Positions 9,399 to 19,497 of a DNA stretch of 64,000 nt are shown here, piece after piece. Both the position numbers and the translations under genes were made by a program. Position 1 is the stretch's first letter, and every line of letters starts with the position of its first letter. Source of the DNA: Candidatus Bathyarchaeota archaeon B24 (GTDB lineage: Archaea; Thermoproteota; CALKCG01; B24); NCBI GenBank assembly GCA_001593865.1, contig LUCB01000010.1, positions 4,441 through 68,440 of the forward strand. The letters are read 5' to 3'. The notes beneath the pieces were generated by a model. That model was not told the origin of the DNA. It searched no databases and saw only the letters and a list, made by a program, of their open reading frames with translations.

Positions 9399-10460
9399 AT
9401 GTATCTAAGGGTTGCGAAGTACCTTCTGAAACGTGGTATCGCACTTTTCATAACGGTAGTGGTCGCGGTTTATATATCCATCCTCATAGCTAACGCGGGT
9501 GGGTATGTAGACCAGATAATCAAGAGCGAGTTGTACATCTCGATCTCACAGAGCGTGCGTCAAAACCCTGCGTATAAAGCCTTGAACGAGACGCAGGTTA
9601 GAGCGCTTATAGAGGAGTTCTACGCTAACGAGTTGAAGAGGATAGGGTTTGATAAGCCTTTCATATATAGAAGCTTCATCTATTTGATGGATGCTTTGTC
9701 GCTGAACCTCGGGAGGTCTCTCTTCATAAGTAGCGACAGCGGTTCTAGGAGTGTCCGCATAATAATCCTCGAGAGGTTGCCTAATACCATTCTATTATTC
9801 ACGACCACCCAGCTTCTCCTGTTTTTCATAGGCTTACTCATAGGCTTACTCTTATCAAGAAGATACGGTAGTATCTTAGATAGGATTTTTGTCCTTCTAG
9901 CACCTCTCTCCAGTTTGCCAGGCTGGTTCTACGGAATATTCCTGATACTGGTATTCGCATCCTTCCTCAGAATACTTCCCTACGGAGGTATGGTGGATGT
10001 ACCCCCACCAACCGACAGGTTCAGCTACGCGTTAAGCGTTTTAAAGCATATGGTCCTGCCCATAATGTCGTGGCTAGTAGCATACTCCTTCATAAACATA
10101 TACGTCAGGAGAACGTTCTTTCTTATGTTCTCAAGCGAGGAGTATGTTGAGCTTGCTAAGGCTAAAGGCTTACCCGAGTCTGTAATTCAGAAAAGATACA
10201 TACTCAGGCCGACGCTACCGCCTATCATAACCGATTTTTCGCTGACCTTGATAGCTTCCTGGATGGGTGCCATAATAACCGAGACCATATTCGACTGGCC
10301 TGGAATAGGGAGACTGTTCTACACGGCCTCCGTGCTGTTCGACACTCCCGTGCTCATAGGCCTCGTAGTCATATACGCGTATCTGTTGGCTGTAACGGTC
10401 TTCGTCCTCGAGCTGATCTACGTAATCGTAGACCCGAGAATTAGAGCCAGAGGTGGATGA
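9399..10460 (+). CDS. oppB: Peptide ABC transporter permease (OppB family)
   Basis: LERLPNT, EEYVELAKAKG, ETIFDWPGIG, DPRIR. Confidence 0.92.
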   Translation: MYLRVAKYLLKRGIALFITVVVAVYISILIANAGGYVDQIIKSELYISISQSVRQNPAYKALNETQVRALIEEFYANELKRIGFDKPFIYRSFIYLMDALSLNLGRSLFISSDSGSRSVRIIILERLPNTILLFTTTQLLLFFIGLLIGLLLSRRYGSILDRIFVLLAPLSSLPGWFYGIFLILVFASFLRILPYGGMVDVPPPTDRFSYALSVLKHMVLPIMSWLVAYSFINIYVRRTFFLMFSSEEYVELAKAKGLPESVIQKRYILRPTLPPIITDFSLTLIASWMGAIITETIFDWPGIGRLFYTASVLFDTPVLIGLVVIYAYLLAVTVFVLELIYVIVDPRIRARGG

Positions 10461-11866
10461 TGTTGCCTCGTCTTAAACATTTTTTCAGACAGCTCCTCCT
10501 CTATAAATCTGCCACGGTAGGGTTAGCCATAATACTCGGCCTCATAGCGATATCCATATACACGGTTTTCTCAATCCCCTACAGCGACGCCATCAAACTT
10601 TGGAGGGCTGGTGAGCAGTACTGGCTAGACACCCCGCGTAACGCTCTACCGTCATGGGTTAACTTGTTCCTGTCTAAGAAGCTTCCTGAGACGATAATAC
10701 TGGATACAGAGAACCCCCAGGTGGGTGTATCCAAAGCCATAATCTCCGCAGGAGAGGAGTCGAGCGTGATAAAGGTCGAGTTCGTCTTCGACTACCGGTA
10801 TGACGATTTTCCGAGCGAGATAAACCTGTTCTTCAAGTCTAGCTACAACTCATCGCCTCCGAGGCTGACCATACACTGGGTCAAGCCAAACGGAGAGGAT
10901 ATAGTTTTAAAGTCTATGCTCGTCGCCAAGGATGATAGGTACTACATATCTAACGACGAGAAGCTTGCTAGGAGGCTTAGAAGCACATTCTCCGTAAAGC
11001 TCAATAGGACTATAGGCTACGACCTGCCTATCTTGGTTCTGCTCTTCGCCCAGGAAGACGAGAGTCTGTTAGACCCAGGCACGGCTAAGGTCATGAAGGG
11101 TACATACAGGCTTTGGATAGATGGTATAGCGTTTGAGAAGGATGTGAAACTGGACGCGAAGCTTGTCGTATACGGAAAGGTGTATGGGTGGGCTGGCACA
11201 GATCACCTGAGGAGGGACCTGGGAATCGCCCTTCTATGGGGGACTCCGATCGCGCTATCCTTCGGTATAACCGCGTCGGTCTCGGTGGCGTTGATACAGA
11301 TATTCATAGGTGCTTTATGCGCGTGGTTCGGGGGAAAGGTCGACACGGTTTTACAGAGGGTTACCGAGATCTTCATGGTACTTCCATTTCTCCCGACTCT
11401 GATAATGATATCTACGCTCTATAAGTTCAACATATGGGTTCTCCTACTGATAGTTATACTGCTCAGCATATTTGGTTCCGGTGTTAAAAACTATAGGGCT
11501 ATGTTTCTTCAGATCAAGGAGTTTCCATACGTGGAGGCCGCGAGGGCTTATGGAGCTAGCAACTTTAGAATAGTCACGTATTACCTGATCCCCAAGGTTC
11601 TACCCACAATCATACCTTCTATGGTCCTCTCGGTCGCAGACTTCGTGTTCCTCGAGGCTGCACTTGCTATACTCGGTCTAGGAGACCCGCTAGCGCCGAC
11701 TTGGGGTAAGATAATCAACGACGCATACGTGAACGGGGCGCTTTATAAGGGCTTATACTACTGGGTTCTAGAGCCGTCTGTTATGCTTGCTCTTACCTCT
11801 CTTAGCTTCGCCATGCTCGGGTTCACTTTGGATAAGATATTCAATCCAAAGCTGAGGGAGATCTAG
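10457..11866 (+). CDS. oppC: Peptide ABC transporter permease (OppC family) with large extracytoplasmic insert
   Basis: GTDHLRRD, YVEAARAYGAS, PTWG, NPKL. Confidence 0.92.
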   Translation: MMLPRLKHFFRQLLLYKSATVGLAIILGLIAISIYTVFSIPYSDAIKLWRAGEQYWLDTPRNALPSWVNLFLSKKLPETIILDTENPQVGVSKAIISAGEESSVIKVEFVFDYRYDDFPSEINLFFKSSYNSSPPRLTIHWVKPNGEDIVLKSMLVAKDDRYYISNDEKLARRLRSTFSVKLNRTIGYDLPILVLLFAQEDESLLDPGTAKVMKGTYRLWIDGIAFEKDVKLDAKLVVYGKVYGWAGTDHLRRDLGIALLWGTPIALSFGITASVSVALIQIFIGALCAWFGGKVDTVLQRVTEIFMVLPFLPTLIMISTLYKFNIWVLLLIVILLSIFGSGVKNYRAMFLQIKEFPYVEAARAYGASNFRIVTYYLIPKVLPTIIPSMVLSVADFVFLEAALAILGLGDPLAPTWGKIINDAYVNGALYKGLYYWVLEPSVMLALTSLSFAMLGFTLDKIFNPKLREI

Positions 11867-12829
11867 ATGGCTGAGCCTCACCTGACCGTGAAAAACCTCG
11901 TGATGTATTACAGAACCGTTAGAGGCGAGGTTAAAGCGGTCGACAACGTATCCTTCTCTCTGCCGAGAAGTAAGACCGTTGCGATAATCGGGGAGTCTGG
12001 CTGTGGGAAAAGCTCCTTAGCTAAATCGATAATAAAGCTACTACCTAGGAATGTATCGGTGTATAAGGGTGTTATACTTTTCGACGGCGTGGATCTCATG
12101 AAGATGGACGAGGAGAGCTTCAGGAGAGATATCAGGTGGGTTAAGATAACCTATGTCCCCCAGGCCGCGTTAAACTCCTTAAACCCGGTTATTAAGATAG
12201 GGGAGCAGATGATCGAGCCCCTACTCCTACACTTTAAGATGCGTAAGACGGAGGCTCTCGAAAGAGCTGCCAAGGCTTTGAAAACGGTTGGTATAAGCGA
12301 GGAGTTTATAAATCATTATCCGTTCGAGCTCAGCGGCGGTATGAGGCAGAGGGTTATAATAGCTATGTCCATGCTCACAAACCCGGAGCTTATGGTTCTA
12401 GACGAGCCTACGTCTTCACTAGACGTGCTAACCCAAGCTAACATAATAAACCTGTTAAAAACGATAAAGAGAGACTTAAAGCTTAGTATGATATTCATAA
12501 CGCATGACGTCGGCTTATCCAGCGAGCTTGCGGATAGGGTTGCCGTGATGTACGCCGGGCAGATAGTCGAATTCGCTAGCGCCGATGAGTTTTATCGCAA
12601 CCCTAAGCACCCATACTCGCAGAAGCTCATGGATAGCGTCCCCACGCTTAAAACCGATAAGAAGCTTGACTTCATACCGGGCTCACCTCCGAGCCTCCTA
12701 AACCCGCCTAGGGGGTGTAGATTCGCTGAAAGATGCCCCTACAGGTTTGAGAAGTGCAAAGAACCCCCTCCCGTGATAAACTTAAGCGAGGAATTTTACG
12801 TTAGATGCTGGCTTTACGAGAAGAGGTGA
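11867..12829 (+). CDS. oppD: Oligopeptide ABC ATP-binding protein (OppD)
   Basis: GESGCGKS, ELSGGMRQR, DEPTSSLD, GCRFAERC. Confidence 0.93.
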   Translation: MAEPHLTVKNLVMYYRTVRGEVKAVDNVSFSLPRSKTVAIIGESGCGKSSLAKSIIKLLPRNVSVYKGVILFDGVDLMKMDEESFRRDIRWVKITYVPQAALNSLNPVIKIGEQMIEPLLLHFKMRKTEALERAAKALKTVGISEEFINHYPFELSGGMRQRVIIAMSMLTNPELMVLDEPTSSLDVLTQANIINLLKTIKRDLKLSMIFITHDVGLSSELADRVAVMYAGQIVEFASADEFYRNPKHPYSQKLMDSVPTLKTDKKLDFIPGSPPSLLNPPRGCRFAERCPYRFEKCKEPPPVINLSEEFYVRCWLYEKR

Positions 12830-12833
12830 TGGT

Positions 12834-13805
12834 GTGCCCCTACTCGATATCATAGACCTCAAGAAGTACTTTGAGGTTAAGAGAGGGATTTTCGGTAGCA
12901 AAGGCTATGTGAAGGCCGTAGACGGAGTGAGCCTATCCCTAGAGAGGGGTGAGTCTGTCTCCATAGTGGGTGAGAGTGGCTGCGGGAAGACCACGCTGGG
13001 TAAAACCATACTTAGGCTCTACGAGCCTACCGATGGTAAAATAGTGTTTGACGGTAAAGATATAACTCATCTAACCTGGAAGGAGCTCAGCTGGTATAGA
13101 AGGGAAACAGGTTTAGTCCAGCAAGACCCCTCGGGTGCGCTACCCTCGTTTATGACGGTTAAAAGGATTTTAGAGGAGCCTCTGATAATCCACAAGGTTA
13201 AGGATAAAGAGGAGAGGAGGGAGAGGATTTATAAGGTTTTAGAGCAGGTTAAGCTGACCCCGGTTGAGGACTTCCTCGAGAAGTATCCTCATATGCTCAG
13301 CGGTGGGCAACAGCAGAGGCTCGTGATCGCGAGGTCTATAATTTTAAGGCCAAAGCTTATAATCGCTGATGAGCCTGTTTCCATGCTAGATGCATCTGTG
13401 AGGGTGGAGATACTTAAACTGTTACAGAATCTTCAGAGGGATTATAGGTTAAGCATCATATACATCACCCATGACCTCTCGACTACAAGGTACTTCTCCG
13501 AGAGGATATGCATAATGTATGCCGGGCACATAGTCGAGAGCGCTGAGACTAGGGAGCTGTTAACCAACCCCTTACATCCGTATACGAGAGCTCTTTTAAA
13601 CGTCATACCGGACCCCGACCCGTCTAACCGCTTCATAATCAGGGAGGTGCCGGCTGGTGAGCCTCCAAACCTGCTGAACCCCCCTCCGGGATGCCGTTTT
13701 AGCCCTAGATGTCGAAACATCATGAATGGACTGTGCGACGTTAAGGAGCCTCCTGTGGTCGAGGTTCGTAAAGGACATTTCGTGAAGTGTTGGCTTTATG
13801 TTTAG
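12834..13805 (+). CDS. oppF: Oligopeptide ABC ATP-binding protein (OppF)
   Basis: [33 protein letters not shown]. Confidence 0.93.
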   Translation: MPLLDIIDLKKYFEVKRGIFGSKGYVKAVDGVSLSLERGESVSIVGESGCGKTTLGKTILRLYEPTDGKIVFDGKDITHLTWKELSWYRRETGLVQQDPSGALPSFMTVKRILEEPLIIHKVKDKEERRERIYKVLEQVKLTPVEDFLEKYPHMLSGGQQQRLVIARSIILRPKLIIADEPVSMLDASVRVEILKLLQNLQRDYRLSIIYITHDLSTTRYFSERICIMYAGHIVESAETRELLTNPLHPYTRALLNVIPDPDPSNRFIIREVPAGEPPNLLNPPPGCRFSPRCRNIMNGLCDVKEPPVVEVRKGHFVKCWLYV

Positions 13806-14010
13806 ATTTAATCTGCAGAAGGAGCACGTAGAGATAGCGGTCGGAGGGGCTCTCCTATTCATAAGTTTCTTCCTATCCTTCCTAATGGTGATCCGCATCA
13901 TAGGGGCGTCGTTCGTCCTCTGCTTTCTCCTCTTATCATCGTCGCTCGCAGGTTTGATCATCGGGCTTCACGGAATATATGGGCTATGGATTCGACGCCG
14001 CAGGAGATAG
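13798..14010 (+). CDS. Small 2-TM membrane protein
   Basis: Overlaps oppF stop; two hydrophobic helices and a basic RRRRR tail. Confidence 0.55.
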   Translation: MFRFNLQKEHVEIAVGGALLFISFFLSFLMVIRIIGASFVLCFLLLSSSLAGLIIGLHGIYGLWIRRRRR

Positions 14011-14050
14011 CGGCTAAGCGGGTGATAGATCAGAGCCTACGGCGATCGAG

Positions 14051-14806
14051 ATGGTTAAATATTTGAGTGGATCTAATCCTACTGTCATGCCCTGTAGTAG
14101 ACGTAAAGTCGAGGAAGACTTGGTCTTCTGCCCATACCTTCTAGGCTGTGTCAGAGAGAATGCTCCCATATGCCGGCTATGCACGTGGAACGACCCGGTA
14201 AAGGAGGAGGAGCTGTACTACAAGTTCATGAAGCATCTAGAGGAGGTTAAGGCTAACCTGGCTAGGAAAGAGCCTGCCCAGATAGACGAGTTCTGGTGGG
14301 AGGCTAGGGTTAAGCTGCCTGAAGTCAAGGCCACCCCTCCACCCCCTTCTAAGCCTGAGGTGGCCGAGCCTTTAGAGGCTAAGCCTCCCCCACCTTCTAA
14401 GCCTGTGAAAAAGAGACCTGCCAAGGCTCCTAAGCCTAGTCTGACGATAGACTACCATCTTAAACGCGTTTCAGACGACCTTAAGGAAGTTCTTATGAAG
14501 CTTAGGGGTGAGATATTCAAACTCGACGTGGATGTCGAGGAGAAGGTTAACCGCACCTTCATAGGCTATAGGAGCAGTAAGACGAAGTACTACTTCGCAA
14601 ACGTGAGGGTTCTACCGCTTAAGCATGAGATAGAGGTTAGGTTCCGCTCAGGTGGACCGGTCGAGGATCCTGAGGGGTGGAGTAAACCTATACCGAAGAG
14701 CTTCGACACACCTATGGATAGGAGGGTTAGGATACAGAGACCCGAGCAGATACCCTACGTCATGAACCTTCTGAAGCAGGCCTACAGAAACCTGACGGCT
14801 TCTTAG
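14051..14806 (+). CDS. Hypothetical protein: Cys-rich N-terminus, Pro/Lys linker, DUF5655-like C-terminal domain; true start possibly ATG 14087
   Basis: CPYLLGC...CRLC; PPPPSKP twice; C-terminal VEEKVNRTFIGY...LLKQAY pattern recalled as DUF5655-like. Confidence 0.6.
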   Translation: MVKYLSGSNPTVMPCSRRKVEEDLVFCPYLLGCVRENAPICRLCTWNDPVKEEELYYKFMKHLEEVKANLARKEPAQIDEFWWEARVKLPEVKATPPPPSKPEVAEPLEAKPPPPSKPVKKRPAKAPKPSLTIDYHLKRVSDDLKEVLMKLRGEIFKLDVDVEEKVNRTFIGYRSSKTKYYFANVRVLPLKHEIEVRFRSGGPVEDPEGWSKPIPKSFDTPMDRRVRIQRPEQIPYVMNLLKQAYRNLTAS

Positions 14807-14972
14807 ACGTCTGTACGACGGATGGACGGCTTACCTTAGCCCGTCATAACCCTAGATAATTTCTATGGATACGTCGGTCGACCCCCTCCCTCTAGGTTTT
14901 CCATGATAAATTACCCGAGGTAATTTTCTAGGTGGGTCGTCAAAAATAGAAGGTTATCGTGTCAGGAGTAGG

Positions 14973-17888
14973 CTACTCGACGTATATCGCTGGTCTACGT
15001 GGCCTTGAGAGTTTAGCCCTGGACCTCGGGTCGTATACGTCTGGGTCGTCTTCGCCGTAGACCAAGACCTCTGCTTTAAGCTCCCTCTCTAGAAAGCCTT
15101 TAACCTCCTCAAGCAGCTTACGTTCATGTTCAGCCCCGAGCTTAACCCATGAGGACAAACGGCCTCTATCTATCTTAGGCAACGATTCCAGCAGAGTCTT
15201 GACGAACCTAGCTAGGGTGGCTTTATCGACGTCGAGCTCTTTAAACCTGGATAGAGCTTCTCTGACCGTGGGGGTCTTCGGCTCGCTTAGGACATCTCTG
15301 TAGACCTTCCACTTCCATGAAGCCGCGACATAGTAGACTATCCTGGAGGGCTTACCTGGGACGACTCTGAATATGCTTTTCGTATCCTCGATCAGGCTTC
15401 GAACGAATTCTTCACCCATCTCAGCCTCCTCGTCGACCAGCGTCTGGTCGGGTTTAGGCCACTCCGCCTTGCAAACCAAACCCGGCATACCGAGTATGCT
15501 CCAAACCTCCTCGGCCGTGTAGGGGGCTAAGGGCGCCAGCAGCCTAGCCCTAACCTCCAGATACCTCTTCAAGACACTTGAGGACTCCTCCGCCTCCTTC
15601 AGGCTTGAACAGCCCTTTCTCCTGAGGAACCAGCTCAGGTCGTTATCCATCTGGTACAGCACCATCTGGGTAGCCCTTCTTATGTCGAGGTTCTCCAAGG
15701 CCTCGGTGGTCTCCTCGACCACCCTTTGAAGCCTACTCATGAGCCATCTCTCGGCTCTATCCCACTTAGGCTCCTTATCGGGCATGGATGCTACGACCCG
15801 ATACTGCGTACGGATCTTCTCCAAGAAGTCTCTGACAGACTTGGCGAGCGTAAGGCTGAAGTTGGCGTCTTGAAGCAGACCCGCCGTCGAGACGACCGCT
15901 ATCCTCAACGCGTCTGCACCGTATTCCCTTATAGCCTCTCTAAGCGGTATTATGTTGCCTAGGCTCTTGGACATCTTACGCCCCTCCATGAGGACGCTGC
16001 CGTTAACCACTATCTGCCTAGGCCAGAGCTCCCTAGGGAATATCGCTACGTGGTTGAATATGAAGAACGTCAAGTGGTTCGGCACCAGGTCTCTGCCCGA
16101 ATGCCTACTGTCTAATGGATAGAAGTATAGAAACTCTCTTCTAATCTGCTCGACCACCTCGGGTCTCGCCCTTATGGAGGACGCCACTTCTTCGAGGTCG
16201 CCTAAGCCTAGAAACACGTAGTCGAAGAACTTATCGTTCAGCCTCGTAGGGTCGATCAAACCCATGTTTATGTACTTAGACACTATGTAGTACGCCATGT
16301 AGATCGTGCTATCCGACAGAGACTCTATTATCCAGCTCTCATCCCAGGGAAGCTTCGTACCCAAACCCCTCTGCCTAGCGCACGCCCTCTCCCTAAGCCA
16401 GTCGACGACGTTGTTGAACTCCAACCTAAGCTCCTCTGGGACTATCCGCATGGAGCTTAGACACTCGTATGCTAGAGACTTCCACTCCGGGTTCCCGTAG
16501 TCTAGGAACCACTGGTTCTCCAGTATTTTGACGACGCATTCCGCACCGCATCTACAGTATACCTTGTCGACGAGCTCGTATACGACTCTCGCATCACCCT
16601 TGCTCAGCAGCTCCTCCTTCACGCGTTCTCTAGCTTCCGAAACACGCATACCCGAGTACTTACCGGTGTTCTCCAGCATCACACCGGTGGATAGCTCACG
16701 CCTATAGAGCTCTCTAGTCGCCTCGTCAAGCTTCTTGTCGGTTTGGGTTTTGATACCCATCCTCTCGCAGATGTCGGCAGCCGGGATGTCTCCGAATCCC
16801 CTAACCTTGATGATCGTGATGGGCTTTATGTCCAAACCCATTCTCTCTCTGATCTCCTTAAGCGCCATGTAGTCGTACGGGGCATGGCTCGGCACAGACA
16901 TCACGACTCCGGTGGCGTGGCCTGAGTCGACGAAATCGGCCGCCAGTATGGGAACTGCCTCACCGGTCATGGGGTTCACGGCTTCCCTACCGACGAGCTC
17001 TGAACCCTTGAAGACCTCTAAAACCTTTACCTTAAGGTTCTGATACTTGAGCTTCTCAGAGGCTTTCAAACCGATTATCCAGTTCTCCCCGTCGACCACG
17101 GCTTTGACGTAGTCTGCCCGCGGGTTTACCCATATGTTTGTAACCCCGAAGACCGTCTCAGGTCTGAGGGTCGCCGTCGGTAGGTACCATTCCCCCATCC
17201 TAAACTTTATGGCGACGAACTCCGCTATCTCAGGCTCGACGTCGCCCTTGGTGTCGTGCATCCCGACCGGGTTTTCGCAGCTCGGACACCACCCCACAGG
17301 ATGCGTTCCTACCTTAATATACCCCCTCTCCCTGAGCTTCCGGAACTGCCACTGGATAAACCTGCTGTAGCCTGGGTCTATGGTCGTGAACTCCCTCCTC
17401 CAGTCTATCGAGTAACCCATCTCCTTCATACCGGTTTTTATCTCCTCGTGGAAGTATCTAGCCATCTTAAGCGGGTCCTCAAGCTCCTTAAGCCTCTCCC
17501 TAGGCACCTTGTACAGCCTGACGAACAGGTCTATGAGCTCCTCATCCCCTGCGGCTAGCCTCTTAGCCATCGCTAGTACCGGTGTACCCGTGTAGTGGAA
17601 GGCCATAGGTAACAGTGCCTGGAATCCTCTCATCCTCTTGTAGCGGGCGTAGATGTCGGCTATCGTGTAGGTTCTACCATGACCCACGTGCTGGGGGCTG
17701 TTTGGATACGGATATGCGACGGTTAGGTAGAACTTAGGCTTAGAAGGGTCTGGGTCTATCTCGTATACCCTCTCCCTCTCCCAGACTCTACGCCACTTCT
17801 CCTCGATAGACCGCACATCCGAAGCAATAAAAAGGTCACCGGTAAGGATAACGACTCCCATTATTATTATAAAGCTTTCCCCTCTCAC
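14973..17888 (-). CDS. leuS: Leucyl-tRNA synthetase (archaeal type); true start probably about 70 nt downstream of the called start
   Basis: AYPYPNSPQHVGH (HIGH), ATLRPET editing domain, KMSKS. Confidence 0.95.
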   Translation of the reverse strand: MRGESFIIIMGVVILTGDLFIASDVRSIEEKWRRVWERERVYEIDPDPSKPKFYLTVAYPYPNSPQHVGHGRTYTIADIYARYKRMRGFQALLPMAFHYTGTPVLAMAKRLAAGDEELIDLFVRLYKVPRERLKELEDPLKMARYFHEEIKTGMKEMGYSIDWRREFTTIDPGYSRFIQWQFRKLRERGYIKVGTHPVGWCPSCENPVGMHDTKGDVEPEIAEFVAIKFRMGEWYLPTATLRPETVFGVTNIWVNPRADYVKAVVDGENWIIGLKASEKLKYQNLKVKVLEVFKGSELVGREAVNPMTGEAVPILAADFVDSGHATGVVMSVPSHAPYDYMALKEIRERMGLDIKPITIIKVRGFGDIPAADICERMGIKTQTDKKLDEATRELYRRELSTGVMLENTGKYSGMRVSEARERVKEELLSKGDARVVYELVDKVYCRCGAECVVKILENQWFLDYGNPEWKSLAYECLSSMRIVPEELRLEFNNVVDWLRERACARQRGLGTKLPWDESWIIESLSDSTIYMAYYIVSKYINMGLIDPTRLNDKFFDYVFLGLGDLEEVASSIRARPEVVEQIRREFLYFYPLDSRHSGRDLVPNHLTFFIFNHVAIFPRELWPRQIVVNGSVLMEGRKMSKSLGNIIPLREAIREYGADALRIAVVSTAGLLQDANFSLTLAKSVRDFLEKIRTQYRVVASMPDKEPKWDRAERWLMSRLQRVVEETTEALENLDIRRATQMVLYQMDNDLSWFLRRKGCSSLKEAEESSSVLKRYLEVRARLLAPLAPYTAEEVWSILGMPGLVCKAEWPKPDQTLVDEEAEMGEEFVRSLIEDTKSIFRVVPGKPSRIVYYVAASWKWKVYRDVLSEPKTPTVREALSRFKELDVDKATLARFVKTLLESLPKIDRGRLSSWVKLGAEHERKLLEEVKGFLERELKAEVLVYGEDDPDVYDPRSRAKLSRPRRPAIYVE

Positions 17889-17953
17889 TCTGATGGATCA
17901 ACACCCTTGACGTCAGAAACCTATTTAAACCCATGAGACATCCGTTTTATCTC

Positions 17954-18030
17954 GGGATGATGAGGGAGGTGATCTCTAAGCCTCGAAAGGCTTACGGCGA
18001 GGCTTTGACGTCAGCCCGATAAGCTGACCC
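17954..18030 (+). ncRNA. Box C/D guide sRNA candidate
   Basis: GGG-ATGATGA (C box 17957-17963)...CTGA (D box 18024-18027)-CCC terminal stem; degenerate D' CTAA and C' TTGACGT; TATA TATTTAAA at 17922-17929, about 25 nt upstream. Confidence 0.72.
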
Positions 18031-18798
18031 CTATACATTTTTCGACGATAACTCCCTACAGGCTTTAACCACCGCGTATGCGACTCTCTTCTCGGAGCTG
18101 GCGACTACATCCGAGTCGAACATAGGCTTCCAATCCCCAGAATAAAGCTCATCCGTCACCGTAACGACGCCGGCAAGCTTAACTCCCCTCCTCATACCGA
18201 CCGCCATCAAAGCGGTCATCTCCATATCGACCACCAGTACACCCATGTCTGAATACTCTCTGACCTTGGACAAAGTTTCCATAAAAGGCGCGTCGGTACT
18301 CCATATACCCCCGGTCTTAAAATCCAACCCCGCCTCGGCCAGGGATTTTTCCAACGTCCTCAAAGCCGACGGGTCTGGTTTAACCATGACGTCAGGTTCT
18401 ACGTAATGATAGCTCACCCCCTCCTCCCTCAAACCCCAGGTGGGAACCACGACATCCCCGGCTTTAACCTCCCTTTTTATCGACCCCGCCGCACCCATAA
18501 CCATGAAATACTTTACACCACCGGCTACTAGAATCTCCATCAACATCGCCGAAGCAGCCGAGCCGAAATATGACTGGAAGACTCCCACCTCGCCGGACAT
18601 TACGGCCCTGAGGCATCCCAGCGGAACCCGTTCAAGCCCTTCATAACGGTCTAACGCGTCTTTTACAAGGGTAAAGGCTTCAGACGTAAACGTTATGATG
18701 GCTGCTCTTAAGCCGTATCGTTTAACCGTATCCGAGAACCGGGTGGGCTTTACGATAGACTCCTCGTCTGGCTTAACCGTCCTTATGAACCCGATCAT
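18031..18798 (-). CDS. Nucleoside phosphorylase (PNP/UDP family)
   Basis: GAAGS, EEGVSYHY, WSTDAPFMET, VDMEM, VTDEL. Confidence 0.88.
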   Translation of the reverse strand: MIGFIRTVKPDEESIVKPTRFSDTVKRYGLRAAIITFTSEAFTLVKDALDRYEGLERVPLGCLRAVMSGEVGVFQSYFGSAASAMLMEILVAGGVKYFMVMGAAGSIKREVKAGDVVVPTWGLREEGVSYHYVEPDVMVKPDPSALRTLEKSLAEAGLDFKTGGIWSTDAPFMETLSKVREYSDMGVLVVDMEMTALMAVGMRRGVKLAGVVTVTDELYSGDWKPMFDSDVVASSEKRVAYAVVKACRELSSKNV

Positions 18799-18872
18799 CG
18801 CAGGGCTAATTTCCCGAACGTTGTTAATAGCGTTTATTTAAACCCCCGTCTCTAAGGTCGCAGGGAAGAGGC

Positions 18873-19454
18873 ATGTCTAGAGACTCTGTAGACGCGTTAC
18901 AGAGGGTTTTAAACCATATCCGAGGCTTAAGCGGTGTCTTAGCCTCAGAGGTCTTAACCCAACCGGATAAAGAGACCCTCATACGTCTTGAAGAGGAAGA
19001 GGAGGAAAGAGACTTTCTCGGGTTCAAACGCTACAACGAGGGTTTAAGGGAGGCGTTGAACAGGGAGTACACGGTCGCGTTAGCCTATAGAAGCTCGGTT
19101 TTCCCCATGCCCCATAGACCACCCGTTAAACTAGTCTATCGTGGGACGGTCGTAGGTGAGATGCTCTACGAGGGGGAGAAGCCGAGCTACACAGGTAGGT
19201 CTATCGAGCTGTTCGAGGGCTTCTTCCTATACCCAGACCTGTTGCCGAAGGACCCATCTGAGAAGAGGTTTGTGAAACTCGTTTACGCGAAGAGGTTTCC
19301 CACGTTTATAAGGGGTCTACCTTGGATAGAGGACCCCGTGTATGGTGAGCCTTCGCCTAAGGGGCATAGGTTTATCCTAGATAAGCTTAAAGTGGTGGCT
19401 GATTTTGAGGACCTAGCGACCGGGCTTATAGGGTTCAACCTCAAGAAACTATAA
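18873..19454 (+). CDS. Hypothetical protein
   Basis: 193-aa ORF with TATA-like TTTATTTAAA upstream and typical codon usage; family not recognised. Confidence 0.6.
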   Translation: MSRDSVDALQRVLNHIRGLSGVLASEVLTQPDKETLIRLEEEEEERDFLGFKRYNEGLREALNREYTVALAYRSSVFPMPHRPPVKLVYRGTVVGEMLYEGEKPSYTGRSIELFEGFFLYPDLLPKDPSEKRFVKLVYAKRFPTFIRGLPWIEDPVYGEPSPKGHRFILDKLKVVADFEDLATGLIGFNLKKL

Positions 19455-19497
19455 ATCGGTATTCCTCCCTAAATAAAGTCTAACCAGGTGCGAGGTT

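Noticed and set aside
14908-14926. Palindrome AAATTACC-CGA-GGTAATTT resembling the TA operator TTACCAGGTAA
   Set aside because: Lies between convergent genes with different spacing and no downstream ORF; could be a terminator or chance
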